A stretch of 64,000 nucleotides of DNA from Octopus sinensis (GCF_006345805.1 NC_043013.1:32860001-32924000), one strand, 5' to 3'; positions 27,900 to 41,413 are shown, counted from the stretch's first letter. The notes: generated by a model not told the origin, from the sequence alone. Made by a program: numbers and translations.

Positions 27900-28470
27900 C
27901 GTTCCCTCGGGGAATTTCAAGAGAATAACCGATACATAGGACAAAATGTGAAGAAAAGTAGTACCAACCAGAATAAATAGCATCTGCTGTGACTACATCG
28001 GGAGAATAACAAAAATAGAGATATAGTCAACGCGGTAACGCTGTCGGAAAATGAAGTCAGCAGAGCTACAAATGCAACTGAAGATAATAAATGTTCATGC
28101 AGAGAAAAATCTAAATGCCCATTGATGAACCTCTGCATGAATATCAATGTTGTATATAAGTGCACAGTATACACAATGGGAGGACCGTACGCTTACATTG
28201 GTAGAACCGCTGATTCGTTCAGGAATTGATATCAAAACCATGTCGCCAGCTTCAATAAAATCAACAAGTGGCACTCGACATCTTTTTCTGATTTTGTGTG
28301 GAAGAGATGCACAACTGTACTTTTCAGGAGATGCAGATTGTGCTCTGAGGAATCACTGTCCATTTTGTGGACCAATAAAAGGCTCGTTAAAAGGATTTAT
28401 GAAAGACTATCAAGATTCTTGCATGCTAATAAGTGCACTTTTGTACATTATAGTGGGCACGAATTAGAGT
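27900..28470 (+). pseudogene. Penelope-like element, decayed GIY-YIG endonuclease region
   Basis: Frame from 28089 reads KCSCREKSKCPLMNLCMNINVVYKCTVYTMGGPYAYIGRTADSFRN*YQNHVASFNKINKWHSTSFSDFVWK, later CRLCSEESL. This matches the PLE pattern CxC..CPL..C..VVY..YIG.T..F..RY.NH..SF. In-frame stop present. Confidence 0.8.
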
Positions 28471-29584
28471 AACTTTTAGATAAATTAATAACCACCTTTA
28501 CCTAAATGTATGGAGGAATAACCGCAACCTCCACATTCTTTTAACCACAATACCATACTAGGTACCGGTATCACTGGGATACCCCTTGGCTATTGTGTAC
28601 TGCTTAGAGTGAGAAAAATACCAGCTCGAGTCTCTCAATAAACATCCCTCACTGCGGGATGAAAACGCAAAGAAATCCAAGTCTGTCTTTGCTGGCGATA
28701 TATTTGGTTTTTACATGCATTGGTACTTTTTACAGACAATCGGTTGTTTCATTGGAAAGAATACGCATCTGCTATATCTATATCTATGTCCGTATTTATG
28801 ACTGTATAACTGCTATAATTGCACCAGCCAAACCCAGTGAATTGCACACAGAAACTTTGACTCCTTACCAAGCGGACTTACCAAGCCAGTAATAGGCGCT
28901 GACTTTATTAATATCTACTTAATTCTGTGCGCGAGTGTATGTGCGCAAAAACAACGTGCGCGTGTGTGTGCATGTATGTGTGTGTGCGTTTGTACGTGCG
29001 CCAGACCACTAGGTGTAGGCGTTTGTACATTCATATCTACTAACGCTCATATCTAATACAGTTTCACTGCATTATGTATGTGTTTCTTTTTTATCTGATA
29101 TTTGTTTTGTATCTTATATAAGAGTGAAACAATACCTTTATTTGCCATTTATATATACGGAGACGAAGAAGCAATCTTGCAAAACAGCGTTTATTTTAAT
29201 GAGATACCTCTTGAATTGATACATCTACAACGAGTTTTACACTTAAACAAGATATCCAATATCCTACCCCCGTGGGATCAATGTTAAGTAAGTCGAAACA
29301 ATTGTGGCGATCAATAAAGATTCTCGTATCTTCCCTCTTTTGTAGAGATTTAACAATTTTTTAACTGATCACATGGAAAAAGGTGTTCGCCTCCATTTTG
29401 GAAATTCTTATCTCGTTTTATTGTTTCATTCATGAGAATTCATGAGAAAATAAACGAAGCTGTGGTTTCCGAAATGGAGCTGAACAACTACCTCGGCTTG
29501 ACAATTTGTTAAGACACTAGAATATTTTCCTACTTTTGTTAACATGAAACCAATGGTGTATGTATGTATGTATGAATGTATGTC

Positions 29585-29633
<49 letters not shown>

Positions 29634-29651
29634 TATATATACATACATAAA

Positions 29652-29687
<36 letters not shown>

Positions 29688-29924
29688 TACATATATATAT
29701 ATATAGGTAGATAAATAAATAGAGAGATGTGTGTGTGTACTTTAAACCTGTTACGTATTCTATAGACCTCTCTTTGCCGAACCGCTATAAGACACAAACG
29801 TAAACGGATCAATACTGGTTGTAGAGATAATGACAAAGAGGTACGCACTCATAAATAGATATAGATATACAAAACACACATGCTCACAAACTCCACACAC
29901 TCGCACTCATACACTCATATAGTT

Positions 29925-30098
29925 TCATAAAGGCTTCTACACAGTTTCCGTCCATGAGATTCGCTCATAAGGCATTATTAGCCGGCTTGGTTCTCTATTA
30001 GAAGACACTTGCCCAATCTATCGCTCAGTTGGACTGAACTCGAAACAATACGGTTGTGAAGTGAACTTCTTAGCCATACAGCCATGCCTGCGCCTAAC
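29925..30098 (-). mobile_element. SINE family 2 head (CORE-like domain)
   Basis: ggcttctacacagtttccgtc...agaagacacttgcccaa...ggactgaactcgaaac...cttagccatacagccatgcctgcgcc. Confidence 0.75.
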
Positions 30099-30974
30099 AT
30101 CAAAAACCTATGATCGTTGACCGTAAACTACCGTTCAAGTTCGAATTAGAGCTTGAACTAACAACTCATTTCAAATTTGAGTATTTTTTCTTTAATTTTC
30201 AGACGTACTACAATATGTTCTCAAGTAACCAATATGACCTTCACTTCCGAAGGAAACCGAAATTTTGATTGTCTTTTCTAACAGATTGATCGAATGTATT
30301 GATTGCATCTCTCTCGTTGCTTCGTGGCACCAGTGTCTTATGCGACGATGTAGAGTCTCATTCGTTGGCTCAAGCTTTTCATAATCTAATTTCCTATCAT
30401 TCAGATGAATTGGTTATTACCTGTCTGCAAATTAATTTTGTTACATATATTTTCATGTCATGTACAGTAACATATCACAAAGTTGACATCTAGAAATTTT
30501 AGTAAGTTCTCGACAGGAGGAAAAACGTTATAAACAATCAACTTGTTATCGATCATCACAATTCCGTGTGGGCTAACCAAATCTTTACACATTATAACCA
30601 TTGCAATAAGAGACAAGTAACAACATTTATGTGTTGCGCCCAATCTAAATATACAATAATTCGCGCATGAATGGCATCCTAAATGATTGCTCATTGCATA
30701 CTTTGAAAGATATAGCTCCGCTCCTGTATGTCTGTCGTAATTTTAGTAGTCATTAATACTATCAATATGACTACCTTAAAAGTTGTTGTCTATATTCTGA
30801 CACACATTTTCGTAACTTTATTCACAATAAGAAGTAAATCCAGAAACAGCTGTTGTGCCATGGATCTCGTATGACATTTATCGATACTCTTATGTAGATT
30901 CCCACTTTAGTAAATACACTTTCCTCTCGGTTATTCTTAACGTCTCCGACTATAATTTTAATGTTAGATTCAAA

Positions 30975-31170
30975 TTTTAGCTCAAGGCTAACAATTTCGG
31001 GTGAAGGGTAAGCCGATTAGATCGATCTTAGTGCTCACCTTGCATTTATTTTATCGATCCCGAAAGGGGATGAAAAGCAAAGTGGATCTAGGCGGCATTT
31101 GAACTAAGGACGTATAGACAGACGAAATGCCGCTGAACATGTTGTCTGTCGTACCAACGATTCTGCCAGT
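30975..31170 (-). mobile_element. SINE family 1, decayed
   Basis: atcgatcccgaaaggggatgaaaagcaaagtggatctaggcggcatttgaact...cgaaatgccgctg...gattctgccagt. Confidence 0.7.
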
Positions 31171-31554
31171 TCTTTTTAATATTAATATTGTCGATTGTTA
31201 TCCACTTCTTTTCGCTCTTTTCGTGACATTTAATTCATTGCACTATTCTCTTTTTTTGTGTGTGTTTCTAACAAAAATCGAAATACAATATGAAGAAACT
31301 GGTAGGAAGACGTGGAGTAGAGAGTGCTTGTCATTGATGAGGCCACGAATGGCGACGAAAGGACTTTGAGAGAGTTTGCTGACTGATTGACCGAACAGTT
31401 AACCAATGATATATACAATCGATTAGTCAATTGGCTAAATGCTAACGAATTGACAGGACAGTGAGGACTTGATATAATATGAATTTTGTTATTGCTTCTT
31501 GCAGATCTTGCAACAACCTTAACTCTCGCTGAATTACCCAATGAAATGTCCAGA

Positions 31555-32140
31555 ATCATGCAGACGAAATTTCCAACGAAAATCATGGTCATCGGTGTCG
31601 TCAGCATTGAAGTTGGTTCCATGCCACCCAACTTTTTTTTCCTGATAGCCTAAGGTTGAACCTCGATGGCTACATCCGTGTTCTGGGCGAGGTGGTGAAA
31701 CACTATATCAACCGGATAGCTGCATGGAGGCTGCACATGTGAACTGCAAGGCTCTGCGTCCTGCCACACCATTCAGAACATTCAGGCCTGGATGTTGGAG
31801 AATTTCCCCTGACAAATGCCCCTCGACTTGTTTGTGGTAGGAGGCGCGGTGGAACGAGAAATCAACAGATACTTTTCCAACATAAAGGACGAACTGAGGA
31901 CCAGGATTACCAGACCCTTCAGAGACCTAAAACATGGCTTAGTAACGAAGGCCTGTGACCGGTTCCGAGGCAGTCTGTAGAATTTCATAGAGGCCGAAGG
32001 TGGGTTCAATGAGTGAGGTAGACAGAACTTGTCATGAAGACAAAACAGACTCGAATTTGACGAATATGTCTCAAAATATAGAAACAGTTTTATTTTTTCT
32101 CGAGTCAGTCATCATGCGAAGAAATACCGTCAGCACTGTA
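31555..32140 (+). pseudogene. Decayed Tc1/mariner (maT/DD37D-like) transposase, C-terminal half
   Basis: Frameshifted translation: [109 protein letters not shown]. Possible TIR end cagcactg-TA at 32131-32140. Confidence 0.8.
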
Positions 32141-32380
32141 TGCTTTTATAACACACACACACAAACACACACACACACACACACACACGCACAATACACA
32201 CATACGCACGCACACACGCAGATTTATATATATATATATAAGTTTATATGCTTCTATATAATATATATAAGTGTGTATATACACATGAGTATAACCCTAA
32301 AGGTATGTTCTCACGAATTTTATATATGCATATACGCATGCAAATATATATATATACATATATACGTATATATATATATT

Positions 32381-32412
<32 letters not shown>

Positions 32413-32453
32413 GTATATATATAAAAATATATATGCGTCAACATATAGTATCT

Positions 32454-32516
<63 letters not shown>

Positions 32517-32557
32517 TATATATATACATATATATACATACATTCGTATATGTATAC

Positions 32558-32619
<62 letters not shown>

Positions 32620-33224
32620 CATACATATATAGATGTGTGCGTGTCTGTGAGTGTGTGTCTGTATGTGTGTGTGTATGTATATAGGCATGCAAATATTAAC
32701 AAAAAAATATAAAAATAACGAAGCAATGAATGTTTTTTAAACGTTTCAATAGAGCTTATCTCGTTATATTTTCCGGGAAGATATTTTTTTTAATTTAATT
32801 TTTTTTTTCTTTTTCACAATTGTGATGTTGCTGAATAACGAGGCGGACAAGATAATAATAAAACATCACTAACTTTCATGTGAAACAAAGATAAAATATT
32901 AACAATAGTTAAAATAACAGGAATGCATCAATAAATACATAAATTCAATTTTTTTTTTTGCTGCCATTCGTCCAATGTATTTAAAAAACATCATTCGTGT
33001 GTGTATGTGTATATGTGCATAGAAAATATATTAAATAAATAAATGGACTTCTAAAGCTGATGGTCATAAATGTAGACAGTTTTCCTTATGGATTGATGTA
33101 AAATTATACACACCGTTTCTCTTACGCTGTTTTGTCATTTTCCTCTTTCAATCCCTGTCGCTACGCTTGCCGGTTTGTCCATCAGTCTGTTTCTTCCTGA
33201 ATACCTCACTCTCAAGGCCAGCAA

Positions 33225-33480
33225 TTTTAAGGAGTGTTGAAGTTGATTATATCGGCCCCAGTGTTCAACTGGTACTTTATACTTATTGACCCTGGAAAGG
33301 ATGAAAGGCAAAGTCGAACTCGGCCGCATTTGGACTCAAAATTTATAGCCGGACGAAATGCCGCGAATGCCGCCAATCATTCTTATTTCTTTATTGCCCA
33401 TAAGGGGCTAAACATAGAGGGGGATAAGCAAGGACAGACAAAGGGATTAAGTCGATTACATTGACCCCCCAGTGCGTATA
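33225..33480 (-). mobile_element. SINE family 1 dimer fragment
   Basis: ggaaaggatgaaaggcaaagtcgaactcggc...cgaaatgccg followed by the long tail tttctttattgcccataaggggctaaacat...gattaagtcgattac. Confidence 0.75.
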
Positions 33481-33998
33481 TAATGAACTCTCACACTCAC
33501 AGACAGGTATATTTAGATGAATTACAACACTATGGAATATCAGTGGAGTTAAGAGAGCCAAAGTTTAGTAAAATATCGTCTGATAACAACGCATATTATA
33601 TTTAATACATAAATTTTAAATGTGTTATAGGATATTTAAACTGGCTCACCATTGTTCTCTATTTGAGAGATGGCGAATTACGCACATTATTTACGTCCCC
33701 GTAACTTCGGCAAAAGAGACCGATAAAATAAGTACTAGGCTTTAAAAAATAGTAAAGCCTTCTGAAAGTCAATGAGTTGTCAGAATCGGTTGCACGCCGC
33801 AAAAATGCTTTTCGTTTAATTATTCTAATTGTTTCGGTCATTTGATTGCGGCCATGCTGGAACACCTCTAGATGGGTTTCTTTTAGTCGGAGAAATCGAC
33901 CCCAGGACTGAGTTTTTTTGCCATTTTATTCCACTTTTTTCGATTTTATATATGTATGTATGCATGCATGGATGTATGTATACAAATATATATATATA

Positions 33999-34055
<57 letters not shown>

Positions 34056-34197
34056 GTATACAACCATATGTATATGTATATATATATATATTCTATATAT
34101 ATATATATAGAGAGAGAGAGATTTTATACATACATACATACATATATATATATATTGACACACACGTACATACATACATACACACACACACACATAG

Positions 34198-34245
<48 letters not shown>

Positions 34246-34314
34246 GCAAAAACATTTATTGTGTTTGGAAATTAAGAGTGCATGCAATCATAATTAAAAT
34301 AAAACTAATAAAAC

Positions 34315-34945
34315 TGATATTGTAAATGAATGTTCCAAACTTGCCTAAAGTCAGCATAAGTTGTAGTGACGCAATTAGGTAGCAAGAGTTCTCCATTGTA
34401 ATCTGTGTGAAAAGTGGGGGTTAGGGAAAAGTTGGGGTAAGACATTGTAGAATCACAAAGCACAGAGTTACTGAGTCGGAGACCTACAAAAACTTCTAAG
34501 ATCTCCCAACACAGTAGACCTAGTGCTTGACCCCAACAAACCAGACCTAGTTGTGGTGAACAGAATAAATCTCATATGTTCTATAATTAATGTTACATGA
34601 CCATTTCCCCGACGGATAGTTAAGAAAGAAGGAAAGAATGTAGACGTATACAATCCTTTGAAATAAGTGATAGTACGAATGTGAAAGAAACAAAGGTGAA
34701 TATTGTGCCAATCATCTTTGGGTCCTTAGATAGTGCCAATAGGTACTGAGAAGAGCATAAAGAAAATGGGTGATGGTCTGATATAGATATTGCAAACATT
34801 TTCCTTCTGGTCACAGCCAGAACTATTAGGAATGGATTAGTTGGTTAAAATGAACGAAGAGCATAGTACCGTAGGCCGCAGGTAACAAGGCTGCTACTCA
34901 TGCAACATTGCAGGTGGTCCGATAAAATCGGAGTTAAAAGAATGA
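34315..34945 (+). mobile_element. Old R4/Dong-type fragment (knuckle end + RLE + 3' UTR)
   Basis: [58 protein letters not shown]; many stops and frameshifts; ends gagttaaaagaatgataataat. Confidence 0.75.
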
Positions 34946-34962
34946 TAATAATATATAGATGT

Positions 34963-35555
34963 CTGAAGGCGGCGAGCTGGCAGAAACGTTAGCACGCCGG
35001 GCGAAATGCGTAGCCGTATTTCGCCTGTCATTACGTTCTGAGTTCAAATTCCACCGAGGTCGACTTTGCCTTTCATGCTTTCGGGGTCGATTAAATAAGT
35101 ACCAGTTACGCACTGAGGTTGATATAATCGACTTAATCTGTGTGTCTGTCCTTGTTTGTCCTCTCTGTGTGTAGCCCCTTGTGGATACTAAAGAAATAGA
35201 TATTTCGTCTGCCGGTACGTTCTGGCTTCAAATTCCACCGAGGTCGACTTTGCCTTTCATCCTCTCGGGATGGATAAATTAAGTACCAGTTACGCACTGG
35301 GATCGATGTAACCTACTTAATCCTTTTGTCTGTCTTTGTTTGTCCCCTCTGTGTTTAGCCCCTTGTGGGTAGTAAAGAAATAAGAAACGTTTGCACGCCG
35401 GGCAAAATGCTTAGTAGTATTTCGTGAAATTACGTTCTGAGTTGAAATCCCGCCGAGGTCGACTTTGCCTTTCATCCTTTTGGGGTTGAGAAATTCAGTA
35501 CCAGATGCTTAGTGGGGTCGATCTAATCGACTTCCTCAAAATTCCGGGCCTTGTG
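34963..35555 (+). mobile_element. SINE family 1 trimer
   Basis: Full head + long tail, truncated head (atttcgtctg at ~35201) + long tail, then head + short tail ending ccttgtgcttagagtagaaaag. Confidence 0.9.
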
Positions 35556-37160
35556 CTTAGAGTAGAAAAGAATAGATGACTGGCGCAGCCCTACAGAGTG
35601 CCGTCGGATTATGAAAGTATTTTGGATGAAAATATTACTCAATCTCCTTGTCCTTGCAGCCAATCGTTCACAGTTTGAGCACAGGTTTTACTGATCCACA
35701 CTGGCAGCTGAGTGTACTGGGAAAACGTAAAATGAAATGTCTTGCTCAGTAACGCAACATGCAAATCATCCAGGAATCGAACTTACACCAGGGTGAATAA
35801 TAAAGGAAGATATAAATTAGACATCAATAACGATATTGAATTAAATTTATTGGGTGCATTAAAAATAAAATAAGAAATTAAAAATCGTTAAATAACAAAT
35901 TCAGTTTCATAGACTGTTTTGTAGGTATTAGAACATTTTCGAATGAACAGACAATGTGTTTGAATAAAAAAAATTAATATAGCCCAATTATCTCTCCCTT
36001 GTGTTATTAAGATAGAGTGAGGAGATAATCAATGTAGATTAAATTTGAGAAAATATATTTTTTAGAATTTATTGCAAAATCAGAAATTACCGTTGCAGAA
36101 TAGTTAATAGTTTAAATAGGCGATAACAAAATAGGAAAAAAATGATTACTTAAATAATTTGGTAATGTAAAATGTTAAAAAAATTATAATGTAATGAAAT
36201 TTGATATAATTGCCTCATAATACACACACACATAATGTATATATATATATGTGTGTGTGTGTTTGTGTGTGTGTGTGTTTGTGTGTGTGTGTATATATAA
36301 AATAAATATAGATATAGATATCTTAGACTCACATGCATATACATGTAAATATATATTACTCATACAACTTCAAAATAGGTATATCTTCTCATCGTAAACT
36401 ATCAGAGAAATTTATGTATGGAATGTAAATACAGTAATGTGATACAATATAATGACAATAAACCTACATGAAAAAGTACAATATAAATAACTTGCAAAGA
36501 AAAAATATTGATGCGAGATCGAAATTTGACAATGCATAAAAAATAAATTAATATATGCGACTACAATAAAAGTGGATTGTTGTTCTGCTGTGAGTAGCTT
36601 TGGAGATATGCGTGAAATGTTTAGGCATATAGAAAAGTATTAAATACTACGTTCATATTAAAATGAATATCTATCAGTTTAATTATTTCAGAGATTAAAC
36701 TTTGGAAATTTCATTACAATTTCTGCTATTTTTTTTATTAATTGCAGACATTGCATTGTGGCCATGTTGGGGCACATCCTTCAACGGTTTAACCGAACAA
36801 TGAATCTCTGGACCCTTTTTAAGCACCAGGTGTATGCTTTACCGGTTGTTTTGCTAAATCGCTAATTTATCGGGGTGTAACGTTACTCGCTGCCAAATAC
36901 AAACATAAGCACTCGCTCGTTCACCCCCATACAATACTTACATACATACATGCGTAAGTGTGAGTATGTGTATGTATATTTATATCCGTTTATATATATC
37001 AACGGATATATATACATATATCTGTGTGTGTGCGCATGTGTATACATACTTATGCATGTGTGTGTGTGTGTGTGTGTCAACGAATATATTTAACGTATAT
37101 AAGTATATATACATACATATATATATACATACATATATTTACATACATATATATATATAT

Positions 37161-37209
<49 letters not shown>

Positions 37210-37483
37210 ATATAAACACACCAGTGCATATGTATGTATGCATTTGTTTGTGCAGCCGATGAAAATGACAATAGTGATATTGAAGATAATCTTTATCATC
37301 ATCATCATCATCATCATCATCATCGTCGTCGTCATCATCATCATCTTCATCATCAACATCATCATCATCATCATCATCATTATAAGAGGTGGTGATAGGG
37401 TTGTGGTTTAATGTTGGGGAAGATGACATTGGTAAGGGGTAAGGTATGCAGTACTACAGGACATTGACAATATATTATTATTA

Positions 37484-37554
<71 letters not shown>

Positions 37555-37556
<2 letters not shown>

Positions 37557-38255
37557 GGCGGCAAGCTGACAGAATCTTTAGCACGTTGGGCAAAATGCTT
37601 AGCAGCATTTCGTCTGGCGTTGAGTTATGAGTTCAAATTCCGCCGGGGTCCATGTAATCGACTTAATCCCCTCCACCTCCAAGCTGTCCTGGTGGCAAAC
37701 ATTTGAAACCATTATTATTATTAAGGCGGTGAGCTGGCAGAATCATTAGTACGCCGGAGAAAATGCTTAGCGGCATTTCGTCCGGCTTTATGTTCTAAGG
37801 TCGACTTAACCTGTCATCATCCTTTCAATGTCGATAAATTAAGTACCAGTGGAGTACTGGGGTCGATGCAATCAACTAGCTTCCTCCACCAAAATTCAGG
37901 CCTTGTGCCTATAGAAGAAAGGATTATTATTATTGTTGTTGTCGTCGTTGTTGTAGTTGGCTTTGACAAAATGCTGCCAAGCTTATCATCCATCTTTTAC
38001 GATCTGAGTTCAAATTTCGCCGAGGTCGATTCTGCCTATGATCCTTTTGTAGTCAATCAAGTATATACCAGTTGAATACTGGGGTAGATTTAATCAACTT
38101 GCTTCCTTCCCCATTATTGCTAGCCTTGCACCAAGATTTTAAACCGTAATCATCTTTGACAAAGTCCTGCAAACATTAGCGACATTTCATCCGTCTTTGC
38201 TTTCTAAGCTCAAATTCCGCCGAGGTCGATTTTGCCTTTCATTCTTTCGGGTTCC
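37555..38255 (+). mobile_element. Cluster of four SINE family 1 copies separated by (ATT)n/(GTT)n
   Basis: ttattaaggcggcaagctgac (37555) and ttattaaggcggtgagctggcag (37722); further heads at ~37965 and ~38160. Confidence 0.8.
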
Positions 38256-38976
38256 TTTAAGCAGGAAAAGTTGCGTCTGTAGAAGTCTGGAAATCATGTC
38301 AGCATTATGAAATGTAGACAACGACGAGATGATAAAAGCATGCGAGATAATATTCGAGTAATATTCGAGACGATGAGAAAGCAAGGAAACGATGAAATAT
38401 ATTGTTATGAAAGACAAATAAGGAATGATGTGTCACCTGACCAAGGAATCAATCTGATGATGGTAATTATATATACATGTCTGTGTGTGTGTAAATGAAT
38501 ATATGTATGTATGCAATTGTGTTCTGTATGTGTATACACATGCCCTCGATTACGTATATCTTAGAAGCTCTGAAGAAACTATTAGGTGAAACCCAAGCAC
38601 ACGCCGAGTGCACTACACCTTATAGCAGAGTGAGCTGTAAGCTAACGAAGTTTATTGTATTGTAAACTTTCACGTTCCTTTTTCAATTTTTAATTTCTTA
38701 TATATATACACATATATATATAGAGAGAAAGGAAGTGGCGGAGGAGGAGGAGGAAGAGGATGTATGGAAAGTGAGAGAGAATTTTGCAAATAAAGAAATA
38801 AAACTTCTTGGGTTAGATATACAAATTATGCACACATGCATATATGTGAATGGAGAGAAAGCAAAGCCTGAAAATTGTCAGATGAAGAATATTCAAATAA
38901 AAATATGTAGATATCTATATATTCTTTTATTCTCTAAGCACAAGACCGAAAATTTTGGGGAAATGCTCGAGGAGTC

Positions 38977-39900
38977 GGGTGAAAATCCCTAGACCTAGCA
39001 GAGACGGGTGGGGGAGAAAATACCTAACAGGCGAAATATTTAGGGGTGAAAATACCAGGGAGCCAAAATTACTAGGCGATCTAAATTCCAAGGGGGGCAA
39101 ACTACCTAAGGGGACGAAAATACCTAGGGGACGAAAATGCCTAGGGGGCAAAAATACGGGGAGCGAAATACGTGGGGCGAAAATACCATGGGAACGAAAT
39201 GCATAGGAGGTGAAAATACCGGGTGGGGGTAAAATACCTTGAGGAATACACCCCCTCAACGGGCATTACATCCCCTACTCTGGCATTTTACCCCCTGCTC
39301 CGGTATCTCACCCTCTCAACGTTTTCACCCCTCCTCAAGATTTACATTCCCCTCCTCAGGCATTTCACCATTCCTCAAGATTTTCACCCCTACTCAGGTA
39401 TTTCACCCCTCCTCGGGATTTTCACCCCCTTCTCTGGCATTTTACCCCTCCTTGGAATTTTCACCCGTTCTCAAGAATTTCACCCTCTTCCACAGTTTTT
39501 TCATCCCTCTCCTCGGGAATACTCCCAGGTATTTTCGCCACTAGGTACTTTCGCGCCAAAGTATTTCACCTTAAGTATTTTCGCCCCTCTGGGTATTTTC
39601 GCCCCTTAGGAATTTGGACCGCTTCGGAATTTTGGTTATCTGGGTATTTTCACCCCCTGAATATTTTCGCCCCTTGGTATTTTCACCCACACGAGTACCT
39701 GCTAGGCATTGGGATGTTCACCCTCGGGTTTTCACCCCACCTCCTTGGTAATTCCATCCCCTCCTAGGGCATTACATACCCCTCCTCGTGCATTTCATCA
39801 CCCTCCTCGGGAATGTCCCTCCTCTTTCATGCATTTCATCCATCGCCTCTCTATTTTACCCTCTTCCTTGTGATTTTGCCCCTTCGGCATTTCCCGCCAC
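38977..39900. repeat. Degenerate 18-20 bp minisatellite arranged as a fold-back
   Basis: Units ggggtgaaaatacctag (38977-39240) switch to aggtattttcacccc(tcctc) (39250-39900). 39560-39723 is a unit-by-unit reverse complement of 38977-39150. Confidence 0.85.
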
Positions 39901-40092
39901 TCCTCGGGCATTTTTTACCTCACAGATAGATAGATGGATGGATGGATGGTAGATAGGTAGGTAGGTAAGTTGGTAGGTAGGTAGGTATATGCAAAATTGT
40001 CCAACGAACGAGCTCGTGAAACTGACTAGCAGTTTTTTGTTATTTTTGTTATATTTTTCTAGCTTTAATAATAAAATACACAAATATGTATT

Positions 40093-40136
<44 letters not shown>

Positions 40137-40361
40137 TATATACATATATATGGGTGGGTTGTAATATAAATATCTATATATGCATATGAGTACAGGATGT
40201 CACCAACTTTGTGAACATCGTGAAATACGAAAACAAATTAGTTACGTACGCAAACGGCGAGGTAGGTATTAGAAAACAAGACAAGTAAACACAGAGAACG
40301 ACCCTTCATCAGTTGTTGGCTGTTTATGTACTCCTTTATAATAATAATGATGATGATGATA

Positions 40362-40406
<45 letters not shown>

Positions 40407-40416
40407 TAATAATAAC

Positions 40417-40488
<72 letters not shown>

Positions 40489-40489
40489 G

Positions 40490-40546
<57 letters not shown>

Positions 40547-40582
40547 GTAATAATAATAATAATAATCCTAGTAATAATAATT

Positions 40583-40960
40583 AAATCTCAGACATAGTGT
40601 TAATTGAGAAAGTAAGCAAAAGATGCTGGATCATAGATATAGCATGCCCAGCTGACAACAAGGTATGCGATAACGAAGAAAGAAAAGTCGACAGATATGT
40701 CTGGTTAGCTTGGGAAGTTAAGCAAAGGTGGTCGATGAAAAAGGTGGTAATAGTACCAATAATTGTCGGAGCCCTGGGGAACAGTGTGTAAATACATGGA
40801 GCAAATAGGGGCTGCAATAAGGGTGGAGCCCCTGCAGAAAAATCACTATTTGGAACCGCTCGAATATTCCAGATGGTGCTCAAAAATTAAGGGTTGTTCA
40901 CTGGTAGAGAACAACTGGCACCGTAGTACATCTCCACCAATAGAAGCTGTGCAAAGACAA
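40583..40960 (+). mobile_element. 5'-truncated R4/Dong-type fragment inserted in (TAA)n
   Basis: SDIVLIEKVSKRCWIIDIACPADNKVCDNEERKVDRYVWLAWEVKQRWSMKKVVIVPIIVGALG..EQIGAAIRVEPLQK..LFGTARIFQMVLKN*; (AAT)n on both sides. Confidence 0.85.
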
Positions 40961-40978
40961 TAAATGATAATAATAATG

Positions 40979-41014
<36 letters not shown>

Positions 41015-41204
41015 TAATAATAATAATAATGATAGAGTTTCTTTGCCCTAGGTGTCGGGAAGACACTCGGCAAGAAATGGAAGCAAATTTGAAAGAAGAA
41101 AAAAAGTAATAAAAATAATAATAATGATAATAATAATACATATACATATACATACACACACATAGACACACACACACACACACACACCCACACACATATA
41201 TATA

Positions 41205-41345
41205 CGACGGTCTTCCTTCAGAGTACGTCTGCAAAATCCAGGCGATTGTAGAGAACACATGATTACGGTGCCACGCTATGGAACTGAACCCGGACCTCTA
41301 GACAGGATGTAATCTCTCTTACCACATTGCCCCACCTGCACCTAT
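41205..41345 (-). mobile_element. SINE family 2 head, decayed
   Basis: cgacggtcttccttcag...ggtgccacgctatggaactgaacccgg...cttaccacattgccccacctgcacct. Confidence 0.55.
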
Positions 41346-41364
41346 ATATACCTGTATATACGTG

Positions 41365-41413
<49 letters not shown>

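Noticed and set aside
38927-39609. ORFs of 83-128 aa on both strands
   Set aside because: They are products of the minisatellite fold-back; periodic low-complexity peptides.
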